DNA from: Torpedo marmorata
Taxonomy: Eukaryota
Direction of reading: 5' to 3'
DNA: 64,000 bases
Assembly (NCBI GenBank): GCA_977017645.1
Contig: OZ360219.1
Coordinates: forward strand, 41,292,001 to 41,356,000
Numbering within the stretch: position 1 is the stretch's first letter; each line of letters starts with the position of its first letter. Below the pieces are notes generated by a model. It saw nothing but the letters and a program-made list of their open reading frames with translations. It made no database searches and was not told the DNA's origin. The translations under genes were made by a program, and so were the position numbers. Positions 60,112-64,000 of the stretch are shown piece by piece.

Positions 60112-61689
60112 ATTCCTTATGGAATTCCTCAAATTTTTTTAAAGATTTAAATTCAATTATTAGGAAATTTTTATGGAAAGGAAAGTTAGCAAGAGTAGGT
60201 ATGGAAAAATTAACTTGGAATTATGAAATGGATGGCTTGCAACTTCCTAATTTTCAAAATTATTATAAAGCAACTCAATTAAAATTTGTTAATGAATTTT
60301 TTGACTCAACTAAATCTCCTGCTTGGATTAAAATAGAATTAAATAATATAGGTGATGACTCTAAAGAAGAAATTATTTATAAATGGGATTCTAAATTAAT
60401 ATCAACAAGAAAGAAAAATTCGCCAATTTTTAAGCATTTGTTAGAAATATGGAATAAGACAGATAAGGAAATAGCTGGAAAAGGATTGATTTCTCCAAGG
60501 ATGCCTCTATATCAAAATGGATTTATTCCATTTACAGTTAAAAATCAATTATTTAAAATTTGGTTTCAAAAAGGTATTAAAAAGATTAAAGATTGTTTTG
60601 AAGCTGGAAATTTTATTACTTTTCAAAGAATGAAAGATAAATTTAATATATCAGATAATACACTTTTTGCTTATTATCAAATTAGAGCTTTTTTGATTGA
60701 GAAACTAGGTTATGCTTTGATTTTACCAAGATAAAATGAATTAGAATTATTAGTTACTAATGGAGATGTTAATAAATTTATTTCTCAAATGTATAAATTA
60801 TTTCAGAGGAAATTGCCTAAAATAGGATTACATAAATCAAGATTAAAATGGGAATTAGATTTGAATATAAGAATAGATGAAATTCATTGGAAAGAATTAT
60901 GTAAATTCAGTATGACGAAGATTATTAATGTTAGATACAGATTAGTACAGTATAATTTTTTTCATCAATTATATTTAACACCTAAAAAATTAAAGAAATT
61001 TAATCTGACATTATCAGGTTTATGTTTTAGATGTAATAAAGAGGAAGGTTCTTTTGTACATTCTACATGGTTTTGTCCAAAAATTTATGATTTTTGGTTG
61101 AAAGTTAAAACATTTTTAGATAAAGTATTTAAAATTATATTCTCAATGGATCCTATGATATTTTTATTTGGGGATATTAGAAAATTTAGTATTAAGATGA
61201 AGTTAAATATGTATCAAATAGAATTTTTGCGAATTGCTTTAGCTGTTTCAAAGAAATGTATTGCTATTACTTGGAAATCTGATTTAGATTTAGGATTAGA
61301 AAGATGGCATGCAGAACTTCGATCGTGTATACCACTTGAAGAAATTACTTATAATTTACGTAATAAATATCATTTCTTCTTAAAAATTTGGAGCCCATAT
61401 ATGAAAGCTGTTGGTTTAAGGATTTGAAGATCTCTGGATATCGGATCTACTGGCATACTTGACCTCCATAATAGAATTAGTTTATAGATGACATTCCCCT
61501 TATTCTATCTTTTTCTTTCTTTCTTTTTTCTGTTTTTACTTTTTATTTTATTTTTATTAGATTAGTAGGGGTGGGGGGGTTGGGGAGGGGAGGGAGGGGG
61601 GAGAAAATGTATCACAAATAATTAATAATTTTATATATCAATTCTATGTATTTTGTGATTAAAAATTTTAAATAAAATATTTTTTAAAA
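60112..61689 (+). mobile_element. L1-clade LINE, second unit of the tandem
   Basis: Diverged repeat of 58529-60111. The TSD aagaggaacatatg at 57382-57395 and 61690-61703 brackets both units. Confidence 0.92.
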
Positions 61690-61879
61690 AAGAGGAACAT
61701 ATGAAATCATCACAATATATTTTCTTTTCACCATAAACAAAATGTACTCTCATTTATGTGTATTGCAAGATGGAAGAATGTTCTTAGAATTTTGCTCATT
61801 TTATAGTATTGGAGAATTGAATAAAAGCATATTTTTATTTCTTGAGTTTGTTTCTTAGTTGTATTTTTGTCTTTCATAG

Positions 61880-61988
61880 ACTCCTGTGTCACACTATGAA
61901 AGATCACCTGGTGAGGGTAGCAAACGAGGCTGAGTTTATCCTGAGCAGACAGCGGGCAGAAGATATACATAGACATGCTGAATTTGAG
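61880..61988 (+). CDS. LRBA: LRBA internal coding exon, 109 bp, (R)[36 protein letters not shown]
   Basis: Acceptor tttttgtctttcatag|A, donor GAG|gtaagt. The first base completes AG+A (Arg) from the previous exon. DHLV, ILSRQ and EDIHRH are LRBA rather than NBEA residues as I recall them. Confidence 0.94.
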
Positions 61989-62019
61989 GTAAGTTGAGTT
62001 TTGCTGGAAGTGGAAAACA

Positions 62020-62145
62020 AATAAAACTGCAGATGGTAGTGTCTGAAACAAAACAGAAATGCTGGAAAAACTCTGCCTGCAAGTAGCAACTGTGGAAAGA
62101 AAAAACATTTAATGTTTCAGCTTGCAAACTCTTCATCAGATCATA
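62020..62145 (-). mobile_element. Short interspersed repeat resembling a Penelope terminal repeat
   Basis: Same family as about 20240-20350, 22170-22340, 28520-28650, 50445-50600, 53335-53455 and 54270-54450 (aaacagaaaatgctggaaa...cagcag...gtggagagagaa). Carries CTGATGA...GAAA on the minus strand. Confidence 0.55.
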
Positions 62146-64000
62146 CATTTTTCGACATAAAACATCTTGCAGGTTTTGTTGCCGTACAGGTTTTAAAAAA
62201 AAAAGAAGAAAAGTAGAACTTTGGAGAATGCCATGTTTCTTGTTAAAATAATAACATGTAGACCCTGGCTTTCCCTAATCCACTTAATTGTAACTGATTA
62301 TCAACTTAATCATTACTGGCAATTTTGGTCCAACAGAAATGCTAGCTAGTTCAGGATTTCCTTGAACTTTATGAAATCTGTTCAATGGCATTTTTCAAAA
62401 CCCTATCTGAGTCCAGCAGTGTCAAGCTGCAACAACACCCCACCTTTCAGGGTGTGAAATCTGCATGAGCAACCTACACTAGGTGGAATCTGGCAGAGTG
62501 AGTTTACCAACATTGATTTTAATGGTCAGCAATGATTGCAGGAGAAAAAGGGCTTTGGACTGTATTTTTACTTGTTTGAATTTATGACAATGTTTGTTAA
62601 GTAGTTTATTTATGTATATTTACTTATTATAATCATATTTTTCAGGTGTTTTAAAAAGTTGTTTGGGAAATATTTTGAATATCTCTGGATGCAAGGAAAG
62701 TTTGAAATTTATTGACCCCTGTTAAAGCCAGAGGCCATAGACTTACTTCCCCTTTTATTTGAGCTTTAATGAGTGGGACTTGATCTGATCTACCCTTCCC
62801 ACTTCCCACATGATAGAATTTATCACAGAATACACCCTATCATGCATAACCATGCTGCAGAGAAAGATTTCTTTAAAGTTTTCCATAGTAAAACCCCTGT
62901 GATTCAAGCAACCAGCAAAGAAAAAATCAAGAAAAATAAGTAAATAAATAAAATTTAAAATAAATAAGAATAAATGAAAATTTAGATAAAAGTTTAAAAT
63001 TGTAAATTTAAATGTTTTCTGAAATAACACATAAACCTTTGGTGAAGATGAGAGCAAATACTCAGCCAGTGGAGTGCCTTGATCGTGCTTTGCTCATGGC
63101 AGCTGTTTGAATAAAGTTGTGTTTGAATAAACTGGCATCGCTCAGGATGAAGAGCTGGTTGATGCCGCTCGCCATTGGGGTGACTCTCTTAAAGTGTCTC
63201 CTTATCCCTGCTTAGTAAGAGTCTTTATCTTTATTAGTATATTATTAAGTACAGTAAGGCTTTATCTGTAAACTTGGGGGGGTGGGGTTTAATTGTCTAT
63301 AATGTTATTGTTCTTCTTTCGGGTGGCTCCATGGAGGGGAAGGAACCTGCAGATGCAGTGATGGTTAAATGTTTTCAAAGAATGTGACTGAAAATACAGT
63401 AAAATGCTTTAAGGTTTAAATAATTATGCAGGTGAAGTTTGCTTAGTGTAAGTACAATATAGTATTTTTGTCTTTTAAATTGTTTATTCTTAATGCAGGT
63501 GTATCAGTTAGGCATTGTAAGAGTGAGTCTCAAACAACCGTAAAACTTGCTTATCCGGAATTTACCAATCCCCGTAGGTGCCGGATACCAGGGGTTTTAC
63601 TGTACACACTAAATTAAATATTTTCTAGTGGGCCAGCAGTGAGTGTAAGCACTGTGCTGCTGACTGGAACTTCTGTGACCGCTTTAGAAATTTTGGGTTC
63701 ATACTTCTGTAAAGAGTAATAACTTTTAATTTTGAAGTCCATCAAATAGATTTAATGGGAATCAGTCCAGCGGCTGTCTGAATCATTAATGGCACCCATC
63801 AGGCAAGGAGATAAAAAATGAAGCGATACTAAGGTCTTGGTCAATGACAAAAAAAGTATGCTGTCTCTTGTAAATGGTACCATAAATACATTCCAACACA
63901 CTATTCACTTTTGGTTTGCTTCACTGATTTGTTCGTTAAGGTTAAGAGATCAATGTGCTAAAGCTCTACCTACCTCAATACTTTTCCTTGAAGGTTGTAC

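Noticed and set aside
47696-61988. Assignment to NBEA (neurobeachin)
   Set aside because: The residues ELVNEG, DHLV, ILSRQ and EDIHRH fit LRBA; NBEA has ELINEG, DHIV, ILNRQ and EDVHKH as I recall.
63537-63604. Tiny Tigger-like MITE (cagtaaaacccctggtatccgg end)
   Set aside because: Only one convincing TIR; the left end is too degenerate to call.
1-64000. Nested MAB21L2 gene
   Set aside because: No ~359-aa single-exon ORF with Mab-21 features is present, so it must lie outside this window.

Overview
This is eukaryotic, AT-rich, repeat-dense vertebrate DNA, most likely a cartilaginous fish (ray, skate or shark). That is an inference from the V-SINEs with CR1 tails, Deu-domain SINEs and CR1/Rex1/Penelope repertoire. 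The window lies inside a large BEACH-domain gene on the + strand. Two short GT-AG exons missed by the ORF track (47696-47760, 65 bp; 61880-61988, 109 bp) splice in frame to [58 protein letters not shown], which is LRBA rather than its paralog NBEA. Everything else is intron. It holds two decayed Gmr1-type Gypsy LTR retrotransposons (gag-PR-INT-RT-RH order, tRNA-Pro PBS, TA...CA LTR ends), CR1, Rex1/Babar, L1, RTE and Penelope fragments, V-SINEs, Deu-SINEs, a Tc2/pogo-type MITE, several minisatellites and TE-free blocks that look like conserved enhancers. The long ORFs at 300-3150 are satellite artefacts. I found no convincing new protein-coding system. The most interesting signals are structural: a CpG-rich non-tRNA retroposon inside fold-back junction repeats, a two-copy L1 under one TSD just upstream of an exon, inverted L1 copies bracketing the 65-bp exon, a 101-bp inverted templated insertion, non-canonical LTR ends, hammerhead-like relics and candidate enhancers of the LRBA/MAB21L2 regulatory block. 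All identities and mismatch counts were read by eye; no database search was run.
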